A program made the position numbers and the translations under genes. Source: a virus. Taken from it: 64,000 nucleotides of DNA. Shown piece after piece: positions 8,063 through 17,772 of this stretch; positions within the stretch are counted from its first letter, which is position 1, and each line of letters opens with the position of its first letter. Where the stretch lies: positions 5,527-69,526 of IMG/VR virus record IMGVR_UViG_3300017971_000283, one strand, 5' to 3'. The notes under the pieces are model-generated. The model had not been told where the DNA came from, made no database searches, and saw only the letters and a program-made list of their open reading frames with translations.

Positions 8063-10435
8063 TTATGTTTCACCTAAATATTCAACTTTTAAATTGCCAT
8101 ATGCAACAGTGAAATTAATTGATCCGGCATTATCATGTCTAGCTCTTATATCAAGATCACTTGATGTTGTTACATCTATTATACCACTCATACTCATAGA
8201 TCCAATATCGTTTGCTGTTGAAATTTTCCTTTTCCAATGAATTTGATCTTGTTCAACCCCACCAAGAAAAGCGGATGCTAAAAATACAACATTAGCAGTT
8301 CCAGATGATCCCGATATCGAACAAACTACAGAATACCTACCCGGTTTTGTAATTGTAATTTTATTATTTGAGGCATCTGCTGTAATATTATTTGATTCGC
8401 CATTATTTGACCATGCCGTTAATTTAGTATATGTCGCACCAGTAGGGATACTTTGGGCAGTACTATTGTCATGGGTATAAATTTCAGCAAATGTACCGGG
8501 ATACGATATCTCACCTCCACTTGGAAGTATACTTAAATTTCCATCACTATCTACTTCAAAGTCAGTATAATCAACTGATAAAGTATTTGTTAATCTTAAT
8601 TGAGGATCGGTATCATTTACAATATTTAAAAAATCTGTGATATCAACTTGTATTTCTCCAGAAGCCTCTGTAATCCTTATTCCTTCAACTCCACCAGCAA
8701 TTAAAGATAATTGATCAGCACCCGCACGACCCATACCAGTATCAAAATCATTAGTAAATAAATGAACAGGTTTGGTAGCATTTGAACTCAATGCTGTTAT
8801 TGCAGCTCCACTACTACTACCTCCCAATAAATAGTATCCTTGTTCAAAAAGAAATCTCTGATACCCATTTAACGAAATACCAATTTTATTTGCTGCCGGT
8901 TGATAAAATCCTGTATTGTCATTGAAAAAAGATATTGATGGATTAGTAGCAGAACCAAGTGGGAAAAATACAGTATTTCCACTTGGAAGTATATTTAAAT
9001 TTCCATTGCTATCTACTTCAAAATCAGTATAGTCAGTTAATAAAGTATTTGTTATTCTCAATTGAGGATCGGTATCATCAACAACTTCAAATTTTCTTGC
9101 AGGGGAATAAGTATTTACTCCTGTATTACCAGCAAAATAATTCTTGTCATTAGAACCAGATTGATAAATACCATAAGCATCACTTATCGTATACATATTT
9201 GACTCTGGAATATTAAGTCCAGAATAACGAGTTACTGATCCAAGATAAATATACGGTGGAAATGCTCTAATTGCTGCTGCATCTACAATTGGATTTACTT
9301 CTGAACGACTAACATCCAATCGACCACCAATGCCAGTAGCTTCCTGCGTAGTTCCTTCAGAATTATTTTTCTGAAATACCCCAATAATACCAGCAGGACC
9401 AATGGTTGTATTAGTTGATACTGCTGTCAAATCATTGTTGGTTTGTACACTTATAAATCCCAAAATACTAAAATATGATGCATCTGAAGAAGATGTTGGT
9501 TGTATAGTTTTGAAAGAGCCAAATGAGTAAGTAAGTCCAGTATTTAAAATATCTGTATCTGCTATATGTAATCTATCTGAAGATGGAGATTGCGTACCAA
9601 TGGATAACCTTTCTGGTATATATACTTCTCCACTACTTGGAAGTATATTCAAATCTCCACCGCTATCTACTTCAAAATCAGTATAGCTTACAGCATCAAC
9701 ATTCGTTAATCTTAATTGAGGGATAAAATTATCAACAACTTCAAATTTTCTATTAGGCGTTTCAATTCCTATACCTAAAAATTTATTTGTATTGTCCCAA
9801 AATAAATCGGATTTACTTATTGGTGACCAAATACTTGTAGTTGCATTCCAATAATTTAATTGGCCTTGGTCTGTTCCATCTTCGATATTTCCACTCCCAC
9901 CACCAACCGGGACACCATTAATTTCAAGATTTTTTGTTGTATTATTATAAGATACTTCATTTAAAACATATCTACTTAAAGCTATATCCCACCAAGGAAT
10001 CGCTCCTTGAAAATACGTATCAGTTGGAGGAGGCACAATGCCTTGTGGAGAATCGCCCTGCTTTCTTATTTGAAAGGTGATTAAGGCCCCATAAGGGTCT
10101 TCAGTCATCTCATCTTCAATAACCCATTGTTGGTTATTATCATCGAACCAATCACCTTTTTTAGGATTGACTGCAAGACCATTATATACAAAATCTTTTT
10201 CAAAACATATTACTTTTCTATCAGATTGTAATATCTCATTGTTTTGTTTTTCTTCTATCGAAAATTCATCAGGAATAAGTCTGACACCTGGTATTTTTGC
10301 TGCCTGTACTGTTGAAGTACCGGTTTCAGGATCATAAACATTACCTATTAATTGAAAAAAACTGACGGTCTTTACAGCATCGCCAGCAATCCCAATTCCA
10401 ACCTCAATAAGGTTTTCAATTTCAGTAATATTCAT
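8063..10435 (-). CDS. Head-closure/head-tail joining domain fused to a repetitive fibre
   Basis: N-terminal ~125 aa (VYDPETG, ILQSDRKVI, DPYGALITFQIRK) resembles head-closure proteins. The remainder has three PQLR(L/I)TN....YTDFEVDS.G.L.ILPS.G repeats, GIG..P motifs and a beta-rich C-terminus. Confidence 0.65.
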   Translation of the reverse strand: MNITEIENLIEVGIGIAGDAVKTVSFFQLIGNVYDPETGTSTVQAAKIPGVRLIPDEFSIEEKQNNEILQSDRKVICFEKDFVYNGLAVNPKKGDWFDDNNQQWVIEDEMTEDPYGALITFQIRKQGDSPQGIVPPPTDTYFQGAIPWWDIALSRYVLNEVSYNNTTKNLEINGVPVGGGSGNIEDGTDQGQLNYWNATTSIWSPISKSDLFWDNTNKFLGIGIETPNRKFEVVDNFIPQLRLTNVDAVSYTDFEVDSGGDLNILPSSGEVYIPERLSIGTQSPSSDRLHIADTDILNTGLTYSFGSFKTIQPTSSSDASYFSILGFISVQTNNDLTAVSTNTTIGPAGIIGVFQKNNSEGTTQEATGIGGRLDVSRSEVNPIVDAAAIRAFPPYIYLGSVTRYSGLNIPESNMYTISDAYGIYQSGSNDKNYFAGNTGVNTYSPARKFEVVDDTDPQLRITNTLLTDYTDFEVDSNGNLNILPSGNTVFFPLGSATNPSISFFNDNTGFYQPAANKIGISLNGYQRFLFEQGYYLLGGSSSGAAITALSSNATKPVHLFTNDFDTGMGRAGADQLSLIAGGVEGIRITEASGEIQVDITDFLNIVNDTDPQLRLTNTLSVDYTDFEVDSDGNLSILPSGGEISYPGTFAEIYTHDNSTAQSIPTGATYTKLTAWSNNGESNNITADASNNKITITKPGRYSVVCSISGSSGTANVVFLASAFLGGVEQDQIHWKRKISTANDIGSMSMSGIIDVTTSSDLDIRARHDNAGSINFTVAYGNLKVEYLGET

Positions 10436-10438
10436 ATT

Positions 10439-11200
10439 TTACCCTCTACCAATTTCAATATTTGATCCACTTATTACTTGACCATAATTTTTTAAGTAAT
10501 CACTTACTTGACTTGGCATTTTCGGAATTGAATCATAATTATTAAAAGCAAAAGCCATTGCTCCAAGTTTCATTGACTTTACTCCTGTTGTCCCTGAAGG
10601 AGCAGTCACATCACTTTTTATTAAAACCAAAGCGTATTCAGCAGTTGCATATTTTATTGCATCATCAATAAAATTAATTGACGTTTCAATTCTTCCAGTG
10701 TCAGTATAAAAATAACAAGCCTTAAAAGTATATTTATTAGGAACCTTATCAAAAATTCTAAAATATAATGCATCGTTTCCAATTGAATCAATATCGCCAG
10801 ATCCATATTCACCTATTTCTAAATAATTGGAAGCTTCAACATATCCTTTTGCAAGTTCAATTCCATCCAAACTTAATTTATCAAAAGTTGGATTACTATC
10901 AAGATAATATAATGAACTATCAACACTTGATTGAGTCCATGTTCCGGTCACATCATCACTATATAAATCTAAAATCGAATTATAAAAAGGTGCAGGTAGC
11001 TTTTGATTTTGATTTAGTGGTGAGCTTGAAAATCTAACTTGTTGAATAATTAAATTAGTTGCCCATATTAATGCTGACTTTTTATCAGCATTAGAGGCAC
11101 CACTCCAATCGCTTTTATGAAGACGATTCGAGTGGTAGTCATCTGCCTCATATAAAGATATAAAACTGTCAGTATCTGGGCCTGCTGTTAGCAGATTCAT
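10439..11200 (-). CDS. Head-tail adaptor (DnaT-like ssDNA-binding family annotation)
   Basis: SFISLYEADDYH..R...W...KKSALIWAT and IKYATAEYAL motifs, located after the capsid genes. Confidence 0.7.
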   Translation of the reverse strand: MNLLTAGPDTDSFISLYEADDYHSNRLHKSDWSGASNADKKSALIWATNLIIQQVRFSSSPLNQNQKLPAPFYNSILDLYSDDVTGTWTQSSVDSSLYYLDSNPTFDKLSLDGIELAKGYVEASNYLEIGEYGSGDIDSIGNDALYFRIFDKVPNKYTFKACYFYTDTGRIETSINFIDDAIKYATAEYALVLIKSDVTAPSGTTGVKSMKLGAMAFAFNNYDSIPKMPSQVSDYLKNYGQVISGSNIEIGRG

Positions 11201-11424
11201 TATTTTACTTTCTTATAAAAAGTATTTACAGTTTTATCAAAATTTGTTCTTATATCGTCTTTTTCAACAAACGTCCCCATCATTGAATCAAAATATCTCG
11301 CAATACAAACTTCAGTTTTTTTTATTTGTTTTTCATCCATACCCATTTCAATTACTTCCGGATTATCTTCAACTTCTTCCAGATTATCTTTAACTTCTTC
11401 AACTTCTTTTTTTAGCCTTGCCAT
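11200..11424 (-). CDS. Hypothetical protein
   Basis: 74 aa ORF with SD, translationally coupled to the adaptor gene. Confidence 0.55.
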   Translation of the reverse strand: MARLKKEVEEVKDNLEEVEDNPEVIEMGMDEKQIKKTEVCIARYFDSMMGTFVEKDDIRTNFDKTVNTFYKKVK

Positions 11425-11481
11425 TTTTTTAACTCCTTTTTAAAAAAGGTTTCTAAGAACTCTCAAATACAGGTAAATTCT

Positions 11482-11886
11482 TTATACAGGCGAATCATCC
11501 AACCATGCGTTTACTTTTCCTGCTGTAGTTGTAGCAGTAGCAATCACATATTTGACTCTCATATACCGTTTTGAAACAAAATTACCATCGAACGGTTTGT
11601 TCATTACTACAGCACCAAGAGTAAGTGCTGTAATTGCAGTTGCAGCAACAGAATGAATTGTTACCGGTGAAGTAAATATTTCATCAGTGGCATGTTCAAC
11701 AGTGAATGCCACTGTAGCACCAGCACCAACAAAAGCTTCTGAAACTGTAATATGAGTAAAAATAGGTGCGCCAACACCCAGTTTCAGATCAGTTGCAGTT
11801 TGAAGGTCAAGTACATTACTATAATATGTCCCTGCAACCTGAGCCAAATCTTGATTATCACTCATTGTCAATTTAAGGTCTTTCAT
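11482..11886 (-). CDS. Capsid cement/decoration protein (Bbp16-like)
   Basis: SNVLDL...GVG.P...V.EAF...KRYMRVKY...TAGKVNAWL pattern, immediately after the MCP. Confidence 0.8.
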   Translation of the reverse strand: MKDLKLTMSDNQDLAQVAGTYYSNVLDLQTATDLKLGVGAPIFTHITVSEAFVGAGATVAFTVEHATDEIFTSPVTIHSVAATAITALTLGAVVMNKPFDGNFVSKRYMRVKYVIATATTTAGKVNAWLDDSPV

Positions 11887-11944
11887 GAAACCTCCTTATT
11901 ATTAAAAAATTAATTTATTAATCAAAAATAATTAAAAACCAATA

Positions 11945-12892
11945 TTAAGTTACTGCACTTTCAGCGACCAAAGCTTCCATTTTCTTGACCGGCGTACCCT
12001 GATACATAGCTACCTGACGACCAAAAGGATTATTTACATCGTAAGAAACATTGGTTTTGTCCCGAGCAAATACATCAAAATAACCGAGCAATTCTTTAGG
12101 AGCATAAATTACTGAACCTGCCCCATCATTAGGCATATTTCGAAGTGCAATACTCAATTTTTGGGAAGCTGCATCAAGTTTTGTAATATCGATATTACAA
12201 ACCCTTTGAACTTTCCTATCATCACGAACAACAATACCGGGACGAACAGAAAACTGAGTTTCATAGGCTTTATATTTGGCGCTATTAGCATCTGTTACAT
12301 CGACAAGTCCATTGTCTCGCTGCCTAATACCAAGCATAGGATCATTTTTCGGATATACTAGATGAACATCAATACCCCATTGAATAATCCAAAAAGAATA
12401 CATTGTACCTGACCCACCAGCACTATGAACATTATCAAGTGCAAGAGCATTATATCGATTAGCAAAGCCTGTAATCTGATTGGGATTCACTGCTCGGTTT
12501 CCATAAACCATTGCAGATGCAAGGGTCTGCCCCATACCTTCAAGGAAGGCAAGATCTTCAATTGCTCTATATTGAGCTTTGTCAGGTGCAGAATTGACTT
12601 CATGTTCATCAATCTGGCTATAGCCTTCCAGAAGTCCAATAGGTTCTTCTTCCATAACTGTATGAGATCTTTCACGGGCAACACCCTGATTCAACGCTCG
12701 CCAAGTTCCAGAAGGCAAACTTGTTCTCTTACCAAAAGAATGAGAATTTTCAGAACTTGATGCCAACCAAGGAGCATCGTCCCACATAGCATTTGTTTTA
12801 TTAAGAGTCTCAACAATTGGAGTAAGTACTCCATTATTGATTCTCTTAGCAAAATCAAGAATTGTCAACATATTACTAATAATTGTACTCAT
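11945..12892 (-). CDS. Major capsid protein (BPP-1/epsilon15-like HK97 fold)
   Basis: LTILDFAKR, IVETLNKTN, RTSLPSGTWRALNQGV, EDLAFLEGMGQ, VQRVCNID motifs. Confidence 0.88.
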   Translation of the reverse strand: MSTIISNMLTILDFAKRINNGVLTPIVETLNKTNAMWDDAPWLASSSENSHSFGKRTSLPSGTWRALNQGVARERSHTVMEEEPIGLLEGYSQIDEHEVNSAPDKAQYRAIEDLAFLEGMGQTLASAMVYGNRAVNPNQITGFANRYNALALDNVHSAGGSGTMYSFWIIQWGIDVHLVYPKNDPMLGIRQRDNGLVDVTDANSAKYKAYETQFSVRPGIVVRDDRKVQRVCNIDITKLDAASQKLSIALRNMPNDGAGSVIYAPKELLGYFDVFARDKTNVSYDVNNPFGRQVAMYQGTPVKKMEALVAESAVT

Positions 12893-12904
12893 ATTATATC
12901 TCCT

Positions 12905-13699
12905 TTATTGCATAGTTGGATACATTTGACCCAACAATGTTTGAGGATCAGGAGCATCGGATGTTCCACCTTGACCTGATCCACTGGGTTTGTTATTTTT
13001 CAAAAAAGCATCCTTTGATGGATGTGATTTGACCAAAAGTTCAACCAATTCATCTCCTACAGCAGGCTCACCTGGAGTTTTTTGCGAAAGGATATCAAGA
13101 TCATTTTGACCGACTCCATATATAGTTCTTTTTCCATTTTCTTCTCTAATCCTAATTTGATCAGAAAAAGCTTTGTAAGCTATATCAGGAGGCATATGCG
13201 TTTCATCTTTAATGAAAGACGAATTGAAAAAAAGTCTTTCAACCAAATAATTATCAAAATCAGTTTTTGTTTTTTTGATCTGAGCATCTCTTTCTTCAAT
13301 TTCTTTTTTATACATTTCCTCTTGTGCTGTTATCTTGCTTTTCCAAGCATCATCTGTTAGCTTTCGCTTTTCTTCAAGTTCTGCTGCTGTTTTTGTTTCT
13401 TTATCACTTAAACCATCGATAGTTGCACGATCTGTTAATGCTTGTTCCTTGAACTTAGCAAAATCTTCAATATCGCCCATCAACTCTTTAAGCTTTGTCA
13501 ATTCATCGCTCATTTCTTTCTTTGCTTTTCTTGCTTCTGCCTCAATCTCTCTTTGCTTCTTCATTGTTGCCATGACCCTATCTCCATCATGCGGAGCTTC
13601 ATTTTGATTTTCAGGATCAATGAGAATAGGCAAAATAAGTCCATCTTCTGTTTTTACAGTTACAAGTCCTTGACCATCTTCTGTAAGTTTATACGGCAT
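12905..13699 (-). CDS. Capsid scaffolding protein
   Basis: Coiled-coil, acidic, ends SGSG...LYPTM-like, directly upstream of the MCP. Confidence 0.75.
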   Translation of the reverse strand: MPYKLTEDGQGLVTVKTEDGLILPILIDPENQNEAPHDGDRVMATMKKQREIEAEARKAKKEMSDELTKLKELMGDIEDFAKFKEQALTDRATIDGLSDKETKTAAELEEKRKLTDDAWKSKITAQEEMYKKEIEERDAQIKKTKTDFDNYLVERLFFNSSFIKDETHMPPDIAYKAFSDQIRIREENGKRTIYGVGQNDLDILSQKTPGEPAVGDELVELLVKSHPSKDAFLKNNKPSGSGQGGTSDAPDPQTLLGQMYPTMQ

Positions 13700-13788
13700 T
13701 TTCTTTTCCTTTTTTAATGGTTATCGTTTACCTTGAAACGACATAAATTATTTTACTTTTTACCTTGAAAAAGTTAGACAATAGTTTA

Positions 13789-13862
13789 TTAACATATGTT
13801 AAGAATTAACATATGTTAAATTTAATATATAAGTGCATTAACACATGTTAAGTTTGTTGTCA
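13789..13862 (-). promoter_or_regulatory. Putative capsid-operon promoter with three palindromic operators
   Basis: TTAACATATGTTAA at 13789-13802 and 13806-13819, TTAACACATGTTAA at 13838-13851, and a minus-strand TTGACA at 13857-13862. Confidence 0.55.
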
Positions 13863-13937
13863 AGTTATTTGAATTTAATAGTTAAACTTTTCGATTTTTA
13901 TTGGTGAAGTTAAAGAGGAAAAGGAAACTTGGTTCAA

Positions 13938-15065
13938 TTAAAGATCTTTAATTGGTACTAAATCTCCTTTATTTGTTACCAAATCATCAAGGGAGATTTT
14001 TTTTGATTTCCATAAATCATATCTTACCGGACCAAGAGTATTTCTTTGATATACATCTGGCCTATCAATAAACCAACTTTTATAGTCCCCTTGATGAAAT
14101 CCGGTTTCCAATATTTTAGCTTGATTACCCTTTCCAATATTACTATATAGTCTTTTTCCTTCTTTAGTAATCTTGCCCCTTTCATAATATACTCTGTAAG
14201 CATCATCAATTTCTTCTATATCAAGTCCTAAGTCTTTGAAAGTAGGAGTAACAGGAACAAGTATACACCTACAATTGGGATGTAATGGGCAAGGTGGAGG
14301 GTCTGGTAAATTACTTTTTTTACTTCCATTATTAAATTTTTGTCCATCTAAAAAAGCACATCTCAAACAGGTACCCCTACCTGTTTTCTTTTGTCCTCCT
14401 TCCAATGTTGCTGACCATTTTAATGCAATTACAATATCCTTATTTTTTTTAAAAACATCTTTTTGGGCATTTACATTTGCTGATTGAATATAAGTTCTTG
14501 TTAATGTTGTCAATTCTCTTTTAGTAATATCCAAAGTTTCATTTAGCCTATCAATTATTTTTCTTGTACTTTCTCCTTTTAATCTGCCTGTTAAAATTTC
14601 CTCTCTAATAATGCCTTTTGTTTTAATATCAAAGGATTTTGTTACCCAATTATTTAAAAGATCACCACCAACTTTTGTTTTTAAGGCAAATTGTGAAAGT
14701 TGATTTGATGATAATCCTACTGTTTTGAAACCAGAAACTTCACCATCAAAACTTAATATATTATTTGTATCAATATATGATTTTGCACCAACTTCACCAT
14801 AAGTTTTTGCTATATCCCCGGTAATTTCATTCTGGATTCCTATCGTCAAATCAGATAGTTCATCTAACACCGCCAGAAGTCGTTCTTCAGCATAATCCTT
14901 AATAGATGATCCTTTATACATAATAAAGTCATACATCTCATCCTCCGCTTTTTTAACAGCCTTGCTGATACGCTTCAATGTTCTTACAGTATACTTTTCA
15001 AGATCGTATTCAGCAGCAATAAAACGAATAAGCATTACCAGATCTTTTTTTTCATCAGGAGTCAT
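13938..15065 (-). CDS. Minor head protein (SPP1 gp7 / Mu gpF family)
   Basis: WSATLE...TCLRCAFLDG...PPCPLHPNCRCILVP motif. Confidence 0.88.
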   Translation of the reverse strand: MTPDEKKDLVMLIRFIAAEYDLEKYTVRTLKRISKAVKKAEDEMYDFIMYKGSSIKDYAEERLLAVLDELSDLTIGIQNEITGDIAKTYGEVGAKSYIDTNNILSFDGEVSGFKTVGLSSNQLSQFALKTKVGGDLLNNWVTKSFDIKTKGIIREEILTGRLKGESTRKIIDRLNETLDITKRELTTLTRTYIQSANVNAQKDVFKKNKDIVIALKWSATLEGGQKKTGRGTCLRCAFLDGQKFNNGSKKSNLPDPPPCPLHPNCRCILVPVTPTFKDLGLDIEEIDDAYRVYYERGKITKEGKRLYSNIGKGNQAKILETGFHQGDYKSWFIDRPDVYQRNTLGPVRYDLWKSKKISLDDLVTNKGDLVPIKDL

Positions 15066-15266
15066 TATATCTCCATATTTTTATTATTTTTATTCATCGA
15101 CAACACCTAAAGTTAAGGCATTACATGAAGTTTTTTGATGTCTAATGGAAAAATTATAATAATTACAATTATTTAACTTTTTATTTGTTTTCTATAACTT
15201 TATTTGCAATTTCCCGCATCTCACTTTTCGGTATTCCACTTATTTTAGAAAGAATTTTAACCATTA

Positions 15267-15878
15267 TTAATTTCCTCGTTTATGAAATACCCAAAAATAA
15301 CTATGATGTTTTCTTGCAAAATTTTGTTTTTTCCATTTTCCTGATTTTAACCTATTTTCTTTTAAAAATAAAAATAAATCTTTAGCAATAAACCCTCTTG
15401 ATACTGCTATATTAAAAACATCAATATGAATAAAATTATTTAAACTACCATTAACAACATCTTGACATTTAAAAAATAAAACTCCATCTTTTTTCAATAC
15501 TCTATAAGCTTCACCAATTGCCAACTTATAAAAATATAACAATTTTTTTTTGTTTTTAAATAAAGTAAATCTCGATATGATTATATTACAATTCTTTTTT
15601 ATTACTTTTAATGATTTACCACTACTCCATAAAAAAGGAGGATCAATCATTATTGACTTAAAAGTATTTCTTTTAAATGGCATATTGCACATATCCGAAA
15701 AAAATAATGGATTACCTATTGAAAAATCAGAATAAAATTTAGGTTTTTTTATATTCTTATAAAAATTTCCTTTCGAAAAAGTTGGATCATAATCAATCTG
15801 CCCATTTCCATGTAATTCTATCATTTCTTTTAATAATAAATCATGATTAAAATTATATGACTTTATACCTAAATACAT
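15267..15878 (-). CDS. Putative DNA amino-methyltransferase (m6A/m4C)
   Basis: DPTFSKGNFY SAM-binding-like motif, SIMIDPPF catalytic motif, EAYRVLK.DGVL.FKCQD. Confidence 0.7.
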   Translation of the reverse strand: MYLGIKSYNFNHDLLLKEMIELHGNGQIDYDPTFSKGNFYKNIKKPKFYSDFSIGNPLFFSDMCNMPFKRNTFKSIMIDPPFLWSSGKSLKVIKKNCNIIISRFTLFKNKKKLLYFYKLAIGEAYRVLKKDGVLFFKCQDVVNGSLNNFIHIDVFNIAVSRGFIAKDLFLFLKENRLKSGKWKKQNFARKHHSYFWVFHKRGN

Positions 15879-15887
15879 TTGTTTTCC

Positions 15888-16286
15888 TTATTTATTAATT
15901 TCGCCTTTTGTACTATCTTTTGCTGAACTTTTACCAAATATTCTAACTGCCCAATAAACCCATAATGCTCTTATTTTCCACATTCCATATTGAATACATT
16001 CTTTATACAAAAATTTATCAGCTTTTATTCTTAAACTTAATGGCAATTTTTTCTCTCTAAATAATTGATAAAAAGCATCATGAACAAGACTTGCTTTTAT
16101 AAATGCCTCAGTATCAATAGTTGGACCACTTGGGCCATCCCAAGAATATCCCTGAAAAATTACCATATTTCCGGTTTTATTTAAACCAATAAACTTATTG
16201 TTAGCAGAAAAACCGGTTATATTTGTTTCAACAAAATAGTTTTCAGTTAGCTGATACTTATATTTCCTGAGTTTCCTGTATTTCAT
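15888..16286 (-). CDS. DUF1353-like protein
   Basis: GYSWDGPS...ASLVHDAFYQ...AD..L...G...RA...YWAVR.FG. Confidence 0.7.
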   Translation of the reverse strand: MKYRKLRKYKYQLTENYFVETNITGFSANNKFIGLNKTGNMVIFQGYSWDGPSGPTIDTEAFIKASLVHDAFYQLFREKKLPLSLRIKADKFLYKECIQYGMWKIRALWVYWAVRIFGKSSAKDSTKGEINK

Positions 16287-17757
16287 TGTCTTCCTCCTTT
16301 CCTACTATACTATCATTTCTCCAATCCAATGCCATATCACTATTCTCCTTTTGTTCTGCTTTTACTTTTTCTTCTTCTTCTTCAGGTGTCCAACCTTCGG
16401 GAAATGGGATTTCACCTTGTCGCAAAATATATCGAATAGTTTCTTTGCTTAATATATTACTCCTGTTTAAGCCATCCAAAGCATTAATTAATTCAGATGA
16501 TATCTCATTAGGATCAAAATCTTGATTATATTGTATAGTATTTTTTGAACTTTTATTTAACCATAAATTAAAAATATCCCAACATCTTTTTTCTTTTTCT
16601 GAACATCTTAAACTAAATTCAGCAAGTTGTGTTATTAATTGTTGTTTATCCATTTTTTTTGCTTCATAAGTCTCACCAACCGCTGTATCTGGCCTTGTCA
16701 TTCTAAGAGCGATTTCTTTAATGGCTGTTTCAGTTTCCTTAATTGTTGTTCTAATAGTTTCAAAAGATACGTTTCCAGGTTCAATATACCCCAATTTTGC
16801 TTCTGGATTTCCAGGGAAAAGTCCGTTTGATGTTGCCTTAATAAAACCCTTATATTCATCTTCTGTAAGTCCTGAGCCAAAAAGTAATGGAACAGCACAA
16901 TCAAATTCAGCCTTATCAAGTTCTGATAATTTCCAATACATTTTGAGTGCAAGCATATCAATATCTGATAATACAGATGAACCAACCATTTCTACTTCTC
17001 TTTCAAAATAAAAAGGAACAATGGGAACAATTCCAAGATTATGATCGCCTTCCATTAAATTTCCATGTTCATCTTTTACTATCCCATAGTTTGTTTTATT
17101 TCCATCTTGATCAATAAAAGCTATATCACCATTTTCTATATTTTTAAGTACTGCCCATTTTTTAGTATCCCAGTATCTTAAAATTGGAAATGATTCTTGT
17201 TTTTGAAATGGTTTCGATTCTAATACCATTAAATCTTTGATACAGATATATGTTAGAGTTCCATTTTCATCTCCCCAATCAATTAAATTTTCGCAAGAAA
17301 TAATTGTAAAGAATGGTCTTATACCTTCATCTTTATAATCTTTTTGAGTATTAAGTGGTTTTGTTGATCGTGTTGCATTTACTAAAACAAAACTTATTCC
17401 TTGATACAAAGCCCTTTTTGATACCCAGGAAAAAAATAAATCAGCATTATTTTGATAAAGATCAACATTATCAAAATAATTCATAGCTTCAGTATCTAAT
17501 TCTCTTTCAGGTTTTTTTCTCCAAATGGCTGAGTTAAAAACTTTTACTATTGGCCCACAGGCATTTCTGTAAACTGCTCTTGCCTTTCTTATTTTCCACT
17601 GAGCATCAGATTCAAATGGATGTCTCTGAAGATAAGGTTTTTTGATTATATAATCACCACCTTTGTATAAATCCCTCCAAAACCTATACTTTTCAATCAT
17701 TATTTTATACGATTTATTTTCTTTAAAAAGTCCATCATTTTTATTTTGAGTTGTCAT
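16258..17757 (-). CDS. Portal protein
   Basis: 499 aa after TerL. YL.RHPFES...RKARAVY, HNLGIVPIVP, LSKET motifs (DUF4055/SPP1-like). Confidence 0.85.
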   Translation of the reverse strand: MTTQNKNDGLFKENKSYKIMIEKYRFWRDLYKGGDYIIKKPYLQRHPFESDAQWKIRKARAVYRNACGPIVKVFNSAIWRKKPERELDTEAMNYFDNVDLYQNNADLFFSWVSKRALYQGISFVLVNATRSTKPLNTQKDYKDEGIRPFFTIISCENLIDWGDENGTLTYICIKDLMVLESKPFQKQESFPILRYWDTKKWAVLKNIENGDIAFIDQDGNKTNYGIVKDEHGNLMEGDHNLGIVPIVPFYFEREVEMVGSSVLSDIDMLALKMYWKLSELDKAEFDCAVPLLFGSGLTEDEYKGFIKATSNGLFPGNPEAKLGYIEPGNVSFETIRTTIKETETAIKEIALRMTRPDTAVGETYEAKKMDKQQLITQLAEFSLRCSEKEKRCWDIFNLWLNKSSKNTIQYNQDFDPNEISSELINALDGLNRSNILSKETIRYILRQGEIPFPEGWTPEEEEEKVKAEQKENSDMALDWRNDSIVGKEEDNEIQETQEI

Positions 17758-17772
17758 TTTATTTTTCCTTTA

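Noticed and set aside
8515-9760. Diversity-generating retroelement TR/VR pair suggested by the BPP-1-like capsid
   Set aside because: The repeats are all in-frame protein repeats without adenine-specific differences, and no reverse transcriptase is in the window.
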